Shown here: positions 41,549 through 51,443 of the stretch, in pieces
Position numbering within the stretch: position 1 is the stretch's first letter
How the letters are laid out: each line of letters opens with the position of its first letter
NCBI GenBank assembly: GCA_905214615.1
Contig: CAJMMX010000001.1
Span: 9,379 to 73,378, forward strand
Length of the DNA stretch: 64,000 nt
Reading direction: 5' to 3'
Source: an uncultured bacterium
GTDB lineage: Bacteria; Actinomycetota; Coriobacteriia; Coriobacteriales; Coriobacteriaceae
The notes under the pieces: model-generated
Databases searched by the model: none
Told to the model about the DNA's origin: nothing
What the model saw: the letters and a program-made list of their open reading frames with translations, nothing else
Program-made: the position numbers and the translations under genes

Positions 41549-42685
41549 TTAGTCTATCTGCCCCTTTTCGGCTTCAAGCAATTCCCGTTCCGAGACGTCT
41601 TTGGAATGCACAAATAGGCCCGACATCATACGGTCGCCAATTTCATTGAGTTGTTCAGCAATGTTCTCGAATGGTTTATTCAAATCAAGAGTTTTAAGGT
41701 AGAACCAGTGGCCAAGTTCATACCAGCATTCATCCAGCGGACCCTCCATAGACGTTTGGGCATAGAGCAGCATTCCGGATACGCTCGCGTTTCGCTGCGC
41801 ACAATGCATAACATAACTAAATATCTGATTTCTATGTTCAGGACTCAGTATCTTTTTCTCGCAGTGTGTTCCAAGAATTGTTCCATAGCACTTAGCATCT
41901 ATCACTAGTTTATAGCTAGGCCCTGTTAGCACGACATCCGTGCGCAACCTTGGTAGGTATTGAGACCTTACGCCAATACCATAGTCAACGATAGGCGCAG
42001 CAGGCATTAACCGCGGAAAATGTCTGCGATAATATTCACGTATAAACTTCTCAAATAGAGAAGAGAGCCTCTGGCTGCTCAACATAGACGAAAATTCCGC
42101 ATTACCGTTTTCATCATGAACAGGAATGCTCTTCTCCAAAACCATCCGGCAAACCGCCATCAAGAATCGATAACTCTGATTGAGTTTGTTGTACCTAACC
42201 AGTCTCCAATCAATCGAATTAGCCTCGAGTGAATCGACAGTAGATAGGTATAGTGCGCTTGCCCTGAGTCCCTTTCGCGTTCGCGGAGAAACATCATGGC
42301 TGCGGATTAATTGAATTATTGCAGTTTTAACAATTTGATTCATATAGGTATTGGCTGTGAAGCTGTCATATAGACACTGCAAACGCATTGTCCCCCGAGC
42401 TTTTAAAGCGATGCTTTTCTGAATTAGCGGCCGACCTCTCAGGACTGCAAGAGGCTCTTCATGAGGCGAATAGACACGCTCAAGCCCTCGCAAATACTCT
42501 CTTTTTACAGCATCATTCAAGATAATTGCAAAAAGCTCACCGAGTCCATCGAACGGCTCTTTGCCGACTGCCTTCAAGGTGTCCGCGAACACCGCTTCCG
42601 CATCACTACCGGAAATACCAGTCGCATACGCAATCATATATAAAATGTTACGGATTGCGACGTTGTTCGCAGCCGTATTGGACAT
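41549..42685 (-). CDS. mcrC: McrC-family PD-(D/E)xK nuclease
   Basis: IRNILYMIAYA, NTYMNQIVK, LFEKFI, LRTDVVL, IDAKCY, NQIFSY and GMLLYA motifs. Confidence 0.9.
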   Translation of the reverse strand: MSNTAANNVAIRNILYMIAYATGISGSDAEAVFADTLKAVGKEPFDGLGELFAIILNDAVKREYLRGLERVYSPHEEPLAVLRGRPLIQKSIALKARGTMRLQCLYDSFTANTYMNQIVKTAIIQLIRSHDVSPRTRKGLRASALYLSTVDSLEANSIDWRLVRYNKLNQSYRFLMAVCRMVLEKSIPVHDENGNAEFSSMLSSQRLSSLFEKFIREYYRRHFPRLMPAAPIVDYGIGVRSQYLPRLRTDVVLTGPSYKLVIDAKCYGTILGTHCEKKILSPEHRNQIFSYVMHCAQRNASVSGMLLYAQTSMEGPLDECWYELGHWFYLKTLDLNKPFENIAEQLNEIGDRMMSGLFVHSKDVSERELLEAEKGQID

Positions 42686-42686
42686 C

Positions 42687-43577
42687 CTAATCTATAGCCT
42701 CATACAAAAGAGAAACCTGTTCATCTAAGATTTCCTTATCGGACGAATCAAACCAATACTCTTGAAGAAGAGGCCGCAGTTCATAGTCAACGATAGACTT
42801 GACCTCAATATCCGTAGGGGCAGAATCGAAACAAAAATAGCTATGCCCGATACAAAAACCCTCCCCAAGCGAAGAGTCATGAGAAATGACATCATTTAAT
42901 CGACGAACAGCATCGACGAGCGAGGTTAGTCTATCGTTACCCAATGAATCAATATAGTCTATAAATGAGCGCTGATTGAGCGCCGGACTCATAGAGTAAA
43001 ACGCGAATCTCCTTCGAAGCGCATAATCAACCAGCGCGAGACCGCGATCGGCGGTATTCATCATGCCAATTATAAATAGATTCTTCGGAACCGTTAACGG
43101 TTCTGGCAATCCCGGAACCACCAATGACTCACCACGATGGTCAGCTTCAATTAACATGAGCAGTTCTCCAAATACTTTTGAAAGATTTGCTCTATTAATT
43201 TCGTCGATTATGAGGTAATAATTTTCAAACCGATGGCTTCTATCTGACGCTCGACGAAAAAACTTGGTAAACAAACCCTCCTGAGCAGCGAAAAGCCCAT
43301 CAGCCGTAGGTTTAAAACCGACTATATAATCCTCATAAGAAGATCCTTGATGAAATTGAACCTTCTCTATACACGTATTATCGGTAGCGCCCATGAGCGA
43401 ATATGCCAATCGTGTAGCAGCAAAGGTTTTCCCCGTACCCGGCGCACCCTGGAGAATGATATTCTTTTTTCTCTTAAGCAACGAGACGATTGCATCGTAA
43501 GACGCTTCGTCCATATAGACTTCTTCAAGAAAATCGCTTTTGTTATATCTTGTAGCGTCGGTACTCCTAAACGTCAT
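42687..43577 (-). CDS. mcrB: McrB-family AAA+ GTPase lacking an N-terminal DNA-binding domain
   Basis: ILQGAPGTGKT, VQFH, IIDEINRANLSKVFGE, MNTADR, ALRRRF and IGHSYF motifs. Confidence 0.92.
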   Translation of the reverse strand: MTFRSTDATRYNKSDFLEEVYMDEASYDAIVSLLKRKKNIILQGAPGTGKTFAATRLAYSLMGATDNTCIEKVQFHQGSSYEDYIVGFKPTADGLFAAQEGLFTKFFRRASDRSHRFENYYLIIDEINRANLSKVFGELLMLIEADHRGESLVVPGLPEPLTVPKNLFIIGMMNTADRGLALVDYALRRRFAFYSMSPALNQRSFIDYIDSLGNDRLTSLVDAVRRLNDVISHDSSLGEGFCIGHSYFCFDSAPTDIEVKSIVDYELRPLLQEYWFDSSDKEILDEQVSLLYEAID

Positions 43578-44218
43578 TTGGCACTCACGCTTTCTCGACG
43601 ATTGACAAATTCTATGAGCCCACGGGGCTTGATAATTCCGGCTGCTTTTTCATTTTCGCTTGCTTTTAAGAGCTTTTCGAGACCAAAACCAAGAGGCCAG
43701 GCTTTTGGGATTTCAGCATCAGAGAGGTAGTCAGCAAAATATAACCGGTTAATGGTTCTAACAATATAAATCGTCAGATGTGCAATGATGGGCTGGACGT
43801 ATGGGTCGGTTTCGTCATTATCATATGAACCACCAGCACAAAATGGTTTTCCCTCTCCGACTATAGTAGGAAAACCGGCTCGTACAGACCACCCCGGGAA
43901 ACGATTATTGAACTGGTCGCGAATCGTATAGTTTTTAGGTCTTCGCTTATAGACCTGCATGTTATATTCGCAATCGACGCCGCCCGTCTGTATAAGGTCG
44001 ACTCTGTAAGGGGGCGTACCCTCTTCAATCTCCTTTGCCTTCAGGTTGTCTTCGTCAATCTGGCAGTATTTGAAAAACTCCACGGCCTCATTTGGGTCAA
44101 TACCGGAAAGGTCGATATAAGTCTGGCCACCGCCTCCATCAGGCTTTTTAATACCTTCGATATTGCGAAAGTCAGCGGCAGTCAGGTGACGGTACATAAT
44201 CTCATCCACAAATAACAT
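43574..44218 (-). CDS. Hypothetical protein, putative specificity subunit of the McrBC-like module
   Basis: 214 aa between the MTases and mcrB, with an ATGA overlap onto mcrB. Confidence 0.6.
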   Translation of the reverse strand: MLFVDEIMYRHLTAADFRNIEGIKKPDGGGGQTYIDLSGIDPNEAVEFFKYCQIDEDNLKAKEIEEGTPPYRVDLIQTGGVDCEYNMQVYKRRPKNYTIRDQFNNRFPGWSVRAGFPTIVGEGKPFCAGGSYDNDETDPYVQPIIAHLTIYIVRTINRLYFADYLSDAEIPKAWPLGFGLEKLLKASENEKAAGIIKPRGLIEFVNRRESVSAK

Positions 44219-44242
44219 TCGACCGCCTCGTTCAATCGGTGC

Positions 44243-45286
44243 TTACCATTTTTCCAGCACTATTATGAACTCCTTTATTTCATTTGCCAACGAACTGCAA
44301 TTTGACCTAAAACGTTTGTATGCAATTTCTTTAACCTCAATTTTTCCGAAAGCAGAAAATACGTCGCAAAGATCCTCGACAGGAAAGAGTCCATCTTCGC
44401 TATAGCTAATCAAACAAACAGGGCAATGGATATCCTCGATAATCTTAGCGAAGGAATCTTTTGATTTAGTTTTTGTACAAAGATCAGAGTACTGATCGCG
44501 CCAAGGACGTAACCCACTCTTGCCAGCAGCAACAGGCTCGTCACCACGTGCGACCGTTTCAAGAATATGATAATTCGCTGCATATTGGCGTTTGATATAA
44601 GGAGGGTCCAGATAGCAAAGGTCTGCAGTAACCCCAGCAGCAAGGTCTTCTGCCCTGCCCTGAAGAACCACATTATCAATTCTTCCAGTATTAATGGATA
44701 CCGGAGCTAGATGGATGGCATTTTTCGCACTTGCGGTAAAATTTGCCAGGAAATAGCCATAGGTTCCAGATATATTTGCCACTTCGTTGACTGCCATAAT
44801 CAGAGTGTGACGCAAAAGCGCCTCCTCCATTTGGCAAATCCTACCCTCATCGCGCCATTCGTTTATCTTAAGTCTAATTGCATCGATTTTTGCAGCGTTA
44901 TCCGATGTAAAGTACTTCCTACTTGGACATCCATTTGCAGGAAGCCCTGAAGGAGAAAACTCGCGGAAGAAGTAGCCTTCGACCGGTTCAAGTTCATTTA
45001 AATAATTTAGCACTTGCACGTAATGGCACTCAGGTTCAACCGATAAATCGCTCAGCCCCTCGAAAGAAGGCGTACGATTCATGAGCAGCTGCACATAAAG
45101 ATGCCACTTGCTGTACGTCATAATGTCAGAAGCGATGACGCGGTAGCCAAGTCGACGAAACTCAGCAGCTACGGACCCAGTCCCGGCCATTAAGTCGGCA
45201 ACAGTTCCTCCGGGGCTTAGATAATTTGAAGCCAATGATGTTATCTGCTCTAACAGCTTTGTCTTATTGCCAATGTAGCGATACAT
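44243..45286 (-). CDS. DNA adenine methyltransferase (D12/FokI-like class)
   Basis: RYIGNKTKLL, DLMAGTGSV, YLDPPY and YAANYHILET motifs. Confidence 0.92.
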   Translation of the reverse strand: MYRYIGNKTKLLEQITSLASNYLSPGGTVADLMAGTGSVAAEFRRLGYRVIASDIMTYSKWHLYVQLLMNRTPSFEGLSDLSVEPECHYVQVLNYLNELEPVEGYFFREFSPSGLPANGCPSRKYFTSDNAAKIDAIRLKINEWRDEGRICQMEEALLRHTLIMAVNEVANISGTYGYFLANFTASAKNAIHLAPVSINTGRIDNVVLQGRAEDLAAGVTADLCYLDPPYIKRQYAANYHILETVARGDEPVAAGKSGLRPWRDQYSDLCTKTKSKDSFAKIIEDIHCPVCLISYSEDGLFPVEDLCDVFSAFGKIEVKEIAYKRFRSNCSSLANEIKEFIIVLEKW

Positions 45287-45288
45287 GC

Positions 45289-46911
45289 CTATTGTTTCAT
45301 TTCCCTCAGTGCGCCCAAATCGGGCAGCTCCGCCATCTCGTGCTTGATACGCTCGACCTCTTTTCTATCAAGGCCGTATGCTAGCGTAACAAGCAACTCA
45401 AGTTCCGCATCGATTGCCGCCGTGTAGTGAAGATTCAGTTTCCGAGCGCCGTCAGCAATTTGATGATGAAGTTCACTTTTGTTGTCAAATCTGATGATCG
45501 GTAGTTCCTGAAGAATCCGTTTTGTTAAGTAGGGGTGTGATTTCCACTCATTCTCACCATACAGCTTCATGTAGTAATAAAAAATAACCCTCGAGTTAAG
45601 CAGCGCATTGTAAAAGTACAATGCGTCCTCTCTCAACCCTTCGCCTGCGGTAAAGAAGTAGACAGCTTGATTTACCATCCTGCCGCTATCGTCAACAACG
45701 CTTTTAATTCCTAACCCAGTCTTTCTAACAAGAATCTTCATGGGCTTATAATCATCAAGGTCCTTGTAATTAATGCCCTCAACTCCAAGTTTCAAATACC
45801 GTTGGCATGACAACGAATATCGTCCAACAGATTCACCAACAAATATAGGAACAAAACCATCGGCGGGCCTGAACTGCATGACGGATTCAAGTTCCGAGCT
45901 CGACACTTCAACCTCGCGCCCGCAGCATTTACAACGCTTAAGAGCAAGGCCCGAAAATAACGCCGCGGTGTTTGCTCCACCACATTTCGGACAGTAAAAG
46001 ACGGTTCCGCGCTTTGAGATTTCTACACCTCGATGGAAAGAAACGTCAAAAGACCATTTGCCTCCATGAGACCTAATTCTCTCAATAACCGCATGATCTT
46101 CACTTGCCACATCTATATCAAATAGGCAGTCTTCATTTCTTAGAAAATCCATCTGGCGTTTAACGCGATATTGTTCTTCAAAAACTGTCTCGAGCGTCTT
46201 GTCTCCACCTAAAACGGCCTTTCTATCCGATGTCGTAAGCCGGAAGCACTTTGTTAAACTGGCATCACTTGGTATACACTTGCGGACAACGACAACCGTT
46301 GTCGCACGATGAACCCCCTCGAAAAGTTTTTCTCCAAGACGCGCGATTACTTTTATCTCATATTTCGTAGCAATAAATCGACGTAAACCATAAGCTGTTG
46401 CCGAAAATAATGAATCGGGGAGAATAAAGGCAGCAAACCCATTCGCATGTAATATGGCCATGGAAAGCTCTACGAAGAGGGCGTAGCAATCATACTGTCC
46501 ATCAACATTTTTATAGCCACGCAGCAGCAACTCATCACGATCGTAAATACGGTCGGAGCTCCAAGGTGGGTTAGCAATAATTGTGTCGACACGAGCCAAA
46601 CGCTCCAGCCAATACGCTTTCGGATCCGTCTTTGCAGATGGACGCAGAAAATCTTTATAAATTATTTCCGAGCCTATTATTTCGGAATAAGTGCGTGAAA
46701 TCTCTATGGCCTCAGGGTCAACGTCAACGCCATAAAGTAACGAATGCCGAACATCACCGCGTGCAACGGCATTAAGTAAAGAAGAGCCCCCGCATGCCGG
46801 GTCCAAGCAAACGCCAAAAGACGGCGTGCGGGCAGAAGCGCGCTCGACCTTTAGCAGCGAAACAACAAAGTCAGCCAGAGAATTCGTTGTGTATACAGAA
46901 CCGTATTTCAC
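45289..46911 (-). CDS. N6-adenine DNA methyltransferase (gamma class, TaqI/Eco57I-like) with zinc-ribbon insert
   Basis: GSVYT, LDPACGGS, YGVDVD and IANPPW; TaqI-C-like ALLNS...LPI; CPKC...CKCC insert. Confidence 0.9.
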   Translation of the reverse strand: MKYGSVYTTNSLADFVVSLLKVERASARTPSFGVCLDPACGGSSLLNAVARGDVRHSLLYGVDVDPEAIEISRTYSEIIGSEIIYKDFLRPSAKTDPKAYWLERLARVDTIIANPPWSSDRIYDRDELLLRGYKNVDGQYDCYALFVELSMAILHANGFAAFILPDSLFSATAYGLRRFIATKYEIKVIARLGEKLFEGVHRATTVVVVRKCIPSDASLTKCFRLTTSDRKAVLGGDKTLETVFEEQYRVKRQMDFLRNEDCLFDIDVASEDHAVIERIRSHGGKWSFDVSFHRGVEISKRGTVFYCPKCGGANTAALFSGLALKRCKCCGREVEVSSSELESVMQFRPADGFVPIFVGESVGRYSLSCQRYLKLGVEGINYKDLDDYKPMKILVRKTGLGIKSVVDDSGRMVNQAVYFFTAGEGLREDALYFYNALLNSRVIFYYYMKLYGENEWKSHPYLTKRILQELPIIRFDNKSELHHQIADGARKLNLHYTAAIDAELELLVTLAYGLDRKEVERIKHEMAELPDLGALREMKQ

Positions 46912-47336
46912 GAGCTAAAGCCCCCAATAATAGACAAGGGATGAGCATCGTTTATTACTACAAACCGAATAGTCCCAGCAGCGGTTTTCAGTTATGGATT
47001 TAACCATATGACCCTCCAGTCGCACCTCTGGTAATTGGCAAAAGCTAAATATTAACACCAGAAACTGGCGCATAAATCAGTTACGCAACTAAGCAGAAAA
47101 AGTATAGTGAACATCGCTTATGCCCCATTCAAGTCGAGCCCTTCCGCCCAAACCGCTTGCTCTTCCAGCAATAAACGCCAATCGTTGATATTGATAATCT
47201 AAGCCCCTCCTCGATGGTCGCATTGTCTTTGCTCAAGACCTCTTATTGAACAGGGAGCTCGAATAGTTCCATAATGTAAAATTCAATATAAATTAATTAT
47301 CTTTATTTGGTATTATCTCATAATTTAATAATTATT

Positions 47337-47375
47337 ATCAAACATATATATCAGATTATGAAATATATGTTTGAT
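47337..47375. promoter_or_regulatory. 13-bp inverted repeat, candidate operator upstream of the XRE gene
   Basis: ATCAAACATATAT-N13-ATATATGTTTGAT in a very AT-rich divergent region. Confidence 0.5.
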
Positions 47376-47440
47376 GCATTATCATCGATTTATATCAATG
47401 CGCATTATTCCGTAGACACAGTCAGAGAAAGCCGACGACT

Positions 47441-48043
47441 ATGAAAGACAATCTACAGGAGCTGAGAAAAGAGGCTGGATACAAGTCTGCGAAAAGCTTC
47501 GCCAAGGCCCTGAGCATTCCATTTACTACGTACGCACGATATGAAAGTCGGCCTGATAAAATTCCACTTGCTGCTGCATGGCGTCTTGCAGATGTATTTG
47601 ACGTATCCATAGACATCATTGTTGGACGTACTGAACCAGACCCCGCGATCGCACCTGGAGCAATTCAATCTCGGTACGACAAGCTATTGCCCGAATTCAA
47701 ACAATCGCTCAGCGATTACCTCGATTATTTACTAACGAAGAATTCGAAAGTGGCAAGCCACGCCTTCCGCCAGGAATCCCGCCGCATTGAAGCCATATGC
47801 GCAAGGCTGGACACCATCTTCTTGGCCGAACTCGAAAAACAAGATCCCGACTTTTTCATTCACGCAACAGCCAAGCAGCTTCGCGCCAGATTTAATGATT
47901 TCCTAGAGCAGCGTGTCGACCTGTGCCAAGCAATTGGGGCCGTAAACGCTATTGACGTTATCATGGCTGCATACGACCGCACGCGCGGACCATTTGATTT
48001 CAATGGAATTCCAGCCGACGTGGATGCTGACGTAGACGGCTGA
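47441..48043 (+). CDS. XRE-family HTH regulator
   Basis: LQELRKEAGY...FAKALSIPFTTYARYE...LADVFDVSIDIIVGR. Confidence 0.88.
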   Translation: MKDNLQELRKEAGYKSAKSFAKALSIPFTTYARYESRPDKIPLAAAWRLADVFDVSIDIIVGRTEPDPAIAPGAIQSRYDKLLPEFKQSLSDYLDYLLTKNSKVASHAFRQESRRIEAICARLDTIFLAELEKQDPDFFIHATAKQLRARFNDFLEQRVDLCQAIGAVNAIDVIMAAYDRTRGPFDFNGIPADVDADVDG

Positions 48044-48236
48044 AATTCCACATGCACCAGGTGCAACAAAGGCAGGCACTAGGCGACCGAATTGCAGAAC
48101 GCATAAAAGACGGCGGGCGAATATTTCGCCGCACTCTAATATTTAGCTGGAATTTTCCTCATTCCTCAATACCGACTTAGCTGGAAGGGCTAAGGCAATT
48201 ATGTGAGAAACGCACTGAAAGCAGACGAGTTAAACC

Positions 48237-49014
48237 CTACCCTTTAAACACCATATAATTGTGATACTCAATAAACTCAGCTCGTGGGGCGAATCGCTTC
48301 GGAAGCGTTGTCGGCTCTCCGTTGTAGTGTCACAAATACTTGTCTTCAGGCGTCTCGTGTCCGACCGCGCCGAACATTACTGCCTTCAGGTCCTTTTTAA
48401 TGGTGAGTAGTCCCCCGATCGAACGCTTTGTCGTGTAGCGCATTTAGAAGCAAACCGTTGTCGGGCGCAGGTCCTTCCGTTTTTGAATCAGAGGCTGTCC
48501 AGGGCTTGATATGGCTGGCGACCAACAGCGCCTCGTTCGATAGCCCCGTCAAGCAACACCTTGAATTGTAATTGGTAAGCAAGGTATTTCGAAAGAACTC
48601 CTGGTTCACTCGCATCGAGACAATTGCTTCGCGCTCTTCGCCCTCTGGCAAATCAAAGCCAATCGCCTCTTTCAACTCATCGCTTAGCGCTTCTTCAAAA
48701 TCAAAGCGATTAAGGAAAACCTCGGTCGCCTCCTCGACGAGTTCATCTCCAGCAAAGGAATACTTGGCCCAGACTAGCTTGTCCATTTTTGTTTGCATGG
48801 ATCATTCCAACCTTGCCGCGAGCGCGTCGACGCTCATCGAAAGATGCGAGATTCCAGATTTTTAAGCAACTACGCCCGGCGTTCTGCCAATGGCCTTGGC
48901 TAACGCCTGGACATCCTCGCTTTTGTCATCAACCATTTTTGACGGCAGGGCGAGGTATAGGAACAGAACCGCAAGGGTTTCTTCCCTCGACCATTTGTCT
49001 CCACGGCCGGCCAT
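48237..49014 (-). pseudogene. HNH restriction endonuclease pseudogene
   Basis: Reconstructed WSREET...IGRTP...WNLASFD...RVNQEFFR...CCLTG...ASHIKPW...NGLLLNALHDKAFDRG...FIEYHN; at least three frameshifts and an internal stop. Confidence 0.85.
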
Positions 49015-49124
49015 GATTGCTCCTCGCCCGCGCACCGCTCACTCAATAGGTCCAGGATAATCATGCAGGAGACCGCACTCACCGCCTTTTCTCATTCGTC
49101 GGTGAATAGTTGAGACAACGGCAC

Positions 49125-49470
49125 TTCCCCGCGCTTCTCACACCCGCGCCCAAGCTTCTTCCCAAGCTCCGCAGCACAGCGCTACTTTTCCTCGGCAAAC
49201 AGGTCATCGATAGCCCTGTCGATCCGCGCGCAAGTCTGCCGATGCTCATCCTTCCAGGGCAGGTTGAGTCCCAGGCTCGCATCTCAAGAGCCGCCGAGCT
49301 TGGCGTTGATTACTTCCTCGGGATACAGCGCGTCGCGGCGAACACCTTCAATCGCCTCGTCCTCGTCCATATCACAGGCTGCATCGCCCCCCCCCTCGAG
49401 GCACTGGCGCAGCTCCTTTTGCTCGCGGATGCGATTCAGCACGCTGGCACACACCACGGCCAAAAAGCGC
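49125..49470 (-). pseudogene. Truncated copy of the 3' part of the 51444-52253 gene
   Basis: RFLAVVCAS..RIREQKELR...YPEEVINAKL...LGLNLPWKDEH, with in-frame stops. Confidence 0.85.
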
Positions 49471-49607
49471 AATCTCGGGGGCTAGTCGGATACATCTGGG
49501 CCGCGATCCGGCACCGGCGGTAGTATCCGATTGTCACGCCACTTCTAGAATAAAACTAGATTGGCTATAATCAAAATATATTATCGTATATTTGAAAGAG
49601 GTATTCA

Positions 49608-49871
49608 GTGCTTGAACGGATCGGATCATCGGACGCTATTCGTTATATGGTGCAGGATTGCGGCATGACTCTGCAGGATGCATCCGTTAAAACCGGTAAG
49701 CAGAAGGGTAGCCTGTCTACTCGCCTGCATAACAACACGCGGTTCACCATCGATGAATTCGTCAAAATCTGCGATGCGTGCGGCTGGCAGCTCGTGCTTA
49801 AACGGGGTAGCAAGCAGTTCGACCTGCGCGGGATTGATGAGAACAAGCCGCGCGGCGATGCGAAGAAGTAG
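49608..49871 (+). CDS. Small HTH protein
   Basis: GAGG RBS and GTG start; GMTLQDAS...SLSTRL...FTIDEFVKICDACG. Confidence 0.7.
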   Translation: MLERIGSSDAIRYMVQDCGMTLQDASVKTGKQKGSLSTRLHNNTRFTIDEFVKICDACGWQLVLKRGSKQFDLRGIDENKPRGDAKK

Positions 49872-49943
49872 GGCCTGGCTATTCGCATGCCTCACCTGCG
49901 GTCCATCCATCAGGGTGCAATTGCCTATGGCCGCCGGACGGCT

Positions 49944-50719
49944 TTAGACATATACGAAATCGACTACGACCTTACCGTCGCCCATGATTTGTCTAGCCGC
50001 CGCCTGCGCCGCACGGTTGTCGATTCTCTGCTGTTTCGTTAGGGTTCCGAGGCGAGTCATAGGATGGTACGGCATCGGGTTCGGCATGCTTTCGAGGAGT
50101 TCGGCCGTGCGGATATCAAGCGCCTCGGCGTATTCATCCAGAAAGTCCCATGCCTCGTCTACCGGCAGCATCGTGTCCCGCTTGGGGTTTTTCCAGTCCT
50201 TAACTGATCGGTTTGTAATACCCAATGCTGCCGCGATCTCGGACGTCGGTACTCCCAAGGCGTCCGCTTGCGCGGCAAATGCAGCCTTGAGATCGATATC
50301 GGGGGAAAGTCCAGGTTCTGCTCGATCCACTCGCCGTCGCGGGATGCATAGACAGTAGAGCACTCTATACCCTTCGCGGCGAGTTGGTCGGCGGCAAGGC
50401 GGCTCGCGAGATTGTAAAGGCCTCCCGGTTCAGTATCGGGCAGATCTTCATCTCGGTACCAGCGAACGATATGCTGGCCGAACTTCTCGTAGGAATCGTT
50501 CGCGTCATTCAAGCATTGCAGTGTGAGGTCGCCGAGCTTTTCGATCTGGTCGCTTATCCAGTCGAAGGCATCCTTGACCGGCATACAGTCGAGCTCGGGG
50601 TCGAGCCATTTTCGGACGCTCGAGACGCGAATGCCGAGACCTCCTGCAAGATCTTCCGGCTTGAGCCATAGGTTATCGAGCTGGGCCTGCATCGAGCATT
50701 TGAGATCGAACATGGTCAT
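49944..50719 (-). pseudogene. Frameshifted tandem-HTH protein (two internal repeats)
   Basis: LAGGLGIRVSSVRKWLDP..MPVKDAFDWI and IAAALGITNRSVKDWKNP..LPVDEAWDFL lie in different frames, joined near 50300. Confidence 0.7.
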
Positions 50720-50729
50720 TCCTTCCTGT

Positions 50730-50875
50730 AATCGTGCAATGCGTTCAAGAGTAATCCGTTGTCGGGCGCGAGGCGCTCCGTCATTGGGTCAGAGACTATA
50801 CAGGACTTGATATGGCTAGCGACCAACAGCGCCTTGTTCGATAGTCCCGTCAAGCAACATCTTGAATCGTAAGTG
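50730..50875 (-). pseudogene. Second HNH endonuclease fragment
   Basis: YDSRCCLTGLSNKALLVASHIK...DNGLLLNALHD, a near copy of 48430-48575. Confidence 0.85.
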
Positions 50876-50897
50876 ATGAGTCTTTCGCCCTTATGGG

Positions 50898-51335
50898 CTA
50901 TGGTTGAAGCGTCTTTATGTGATTCAACGCACACAATAGCACGGTCCTATTTCGCTCAAAGCAATACCGGAACCACGCATATATTCCCAAGGCAACCAGG
51001 AATAGCACCATGAAAATCTCGGCTAAAGTTGGATTACTGGCTATCAGCGCAGACAAATATCCTCCAGCCATAAGAGAGGCAATGATGCCAATCAGGCTAA
51101 GGGCCCAGCTCGTATAATGCGTCTCAGCAACCGCCCGTTCGATTATTTTGCATTTCTTTTCCAGGCTAATGTCCCCATCAGCTCCAGCGAGAGAGAAGTC
51201 CATTCCTGAAATTAAATCGAGTAATTCAGCCTCGCTGTATCCGCTTTTCTTGAATCTTTTAATGAAGAAACCTCCTGGTCCAGGACCGTAGATAGGACGG
51301 TTTACACGAAACAGTTCCTTATAGGCGATTTCCAT
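50898..51335 (-). CDS. Hypothetical membrane protein (2 TM)
   Basis: AAGGAG RBS; AT-rich; two C-terminal hydrophobic helices. Confidence 0.7.
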   Translation of the reverse strand: MEIAYKELFRVNRPIYGPGPGGFFIKRFKKSGYSEAELLDLISGMDFSLAGADGDISLEKKCKIIERAVAETHYTSWALSLIGIIASLMAGGYLSALIASNPTLAEIFMVLFLVALGIYAWFRYCFERNRTVLLCALNHIKTLQP

Positions 51336-51443
51336 TGTTAACTCCTTAAAGTACGGGTGCTATTTACGCTATCGTTCTATCATTTCGTTCGGACAGTTTA
51401 TTGCCGAGCCGCCACCGATCATTCACAGGAACCACTCTTGCAG

